Shown here piece by piece: positions 63,461 to 64,000 of a stretch of DNA of 64,000 nucleotides. Origin of the DNA: Octopus bimaculoides (taxonomy: Eukaryota); NCBI RefSeq assembly GCF_001194135.2, contig NC_068981.1, positions 164,804,235 through 164,868,234 of the forward strand. Reading direction: 5' to 3'. The notes beneath the pieces were generated by a model. That model saw nothing but the letters and a program-made list of their open reading frames with translations, did no database searches and was not told where the DNA came from. How positions within the stretch are numbered: position 1 is the stretch's first letter; each line of letters opens with the position of its first letter. Made by a program: the position numbers and the translations under genes.

Positions 63461-64000
63461 AAGAAGAAGAAGAAGAAGAAGAAGAAGAAGAAGAAGAAGG
63501 ATAATCTTTTAAAATAAAAAACAAAGTTTTGAAAATTGTCACGCCCAAATGGAGTCTTGGACTTCTATTGTATGAATAAATAGTTTTCTTGCGAAGTATA
63601 ACACGTAGAAGGAATATAGTCCCACCTTTGATTTGCATTGCATATCGGTGAACTTAAATTTTATCTTCTTTTTTTTTCTATATATATATATATTTCTATT
63701 TTGGTACGATTATTATTATGTCGTTGTTATTGTTGTTGTTGTTGTGGCTGTTGTGTTTTATTTTATTTTTCTAAATTTCTCTCACTCACTCTGCCAATCT
63801 CCATGTTCCACTCTTTTGCTTAATCTCTCTGACATTCTCGCTTTCATTCTATCTCTCTCTATCTCCCTCTCCCTTCTCCTGCTTTTTTTCTTTTGTCTTT
63901 CTTGCTTTCGTTTTAATTTTCTCCGTTGCTTTGTTTTCCTTGTCTTTTTAATGCAACTTTTAACGTGATTAAACCTCGTGGATTTAGATATTCTCTATGT

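Overview
AT-rich, microsatellite-dense animal genomic DNA with many N gaps, and no protein-coding gene I can confidently identify. The SINE families and microsatellite load resemble octopus (coleoid cephalopod) sequence; this is recall-based inference, not a search result. Recognisable content: about 25 tRNA-derived SINE copies of three types (labelled A, B and C here; several with clear target-site duplications); six Tc1/mariner-family remnants (DD41D rosa-like with an internal inversion, near full-length DD37D maT-like, four mariner pieces); R4/Dong-type LINE 3' ends in (AAT)n; an orphan GC-rich R2-like endonuclease fragment; and two Penelope-like (GIY-YIG) ORF fragments. The main unannotated signal, found by hand folding, is about eight loci with type I hammerhead-ribozyme-like motifs (CUGANGA...GAAA, usually with a palindromic stem III), most carrying core mutations. 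Several sit in head-to-head palindromes that look like MITEs but appear to be fold-backs of ribozyme-bearing Penelope-type terminal repeats. One pair shows a U3-A8 core covariation. There is also a 124-bp perfect SINE palindrome. Repeat boundaries are approximate unless a TSD or TIR is given.
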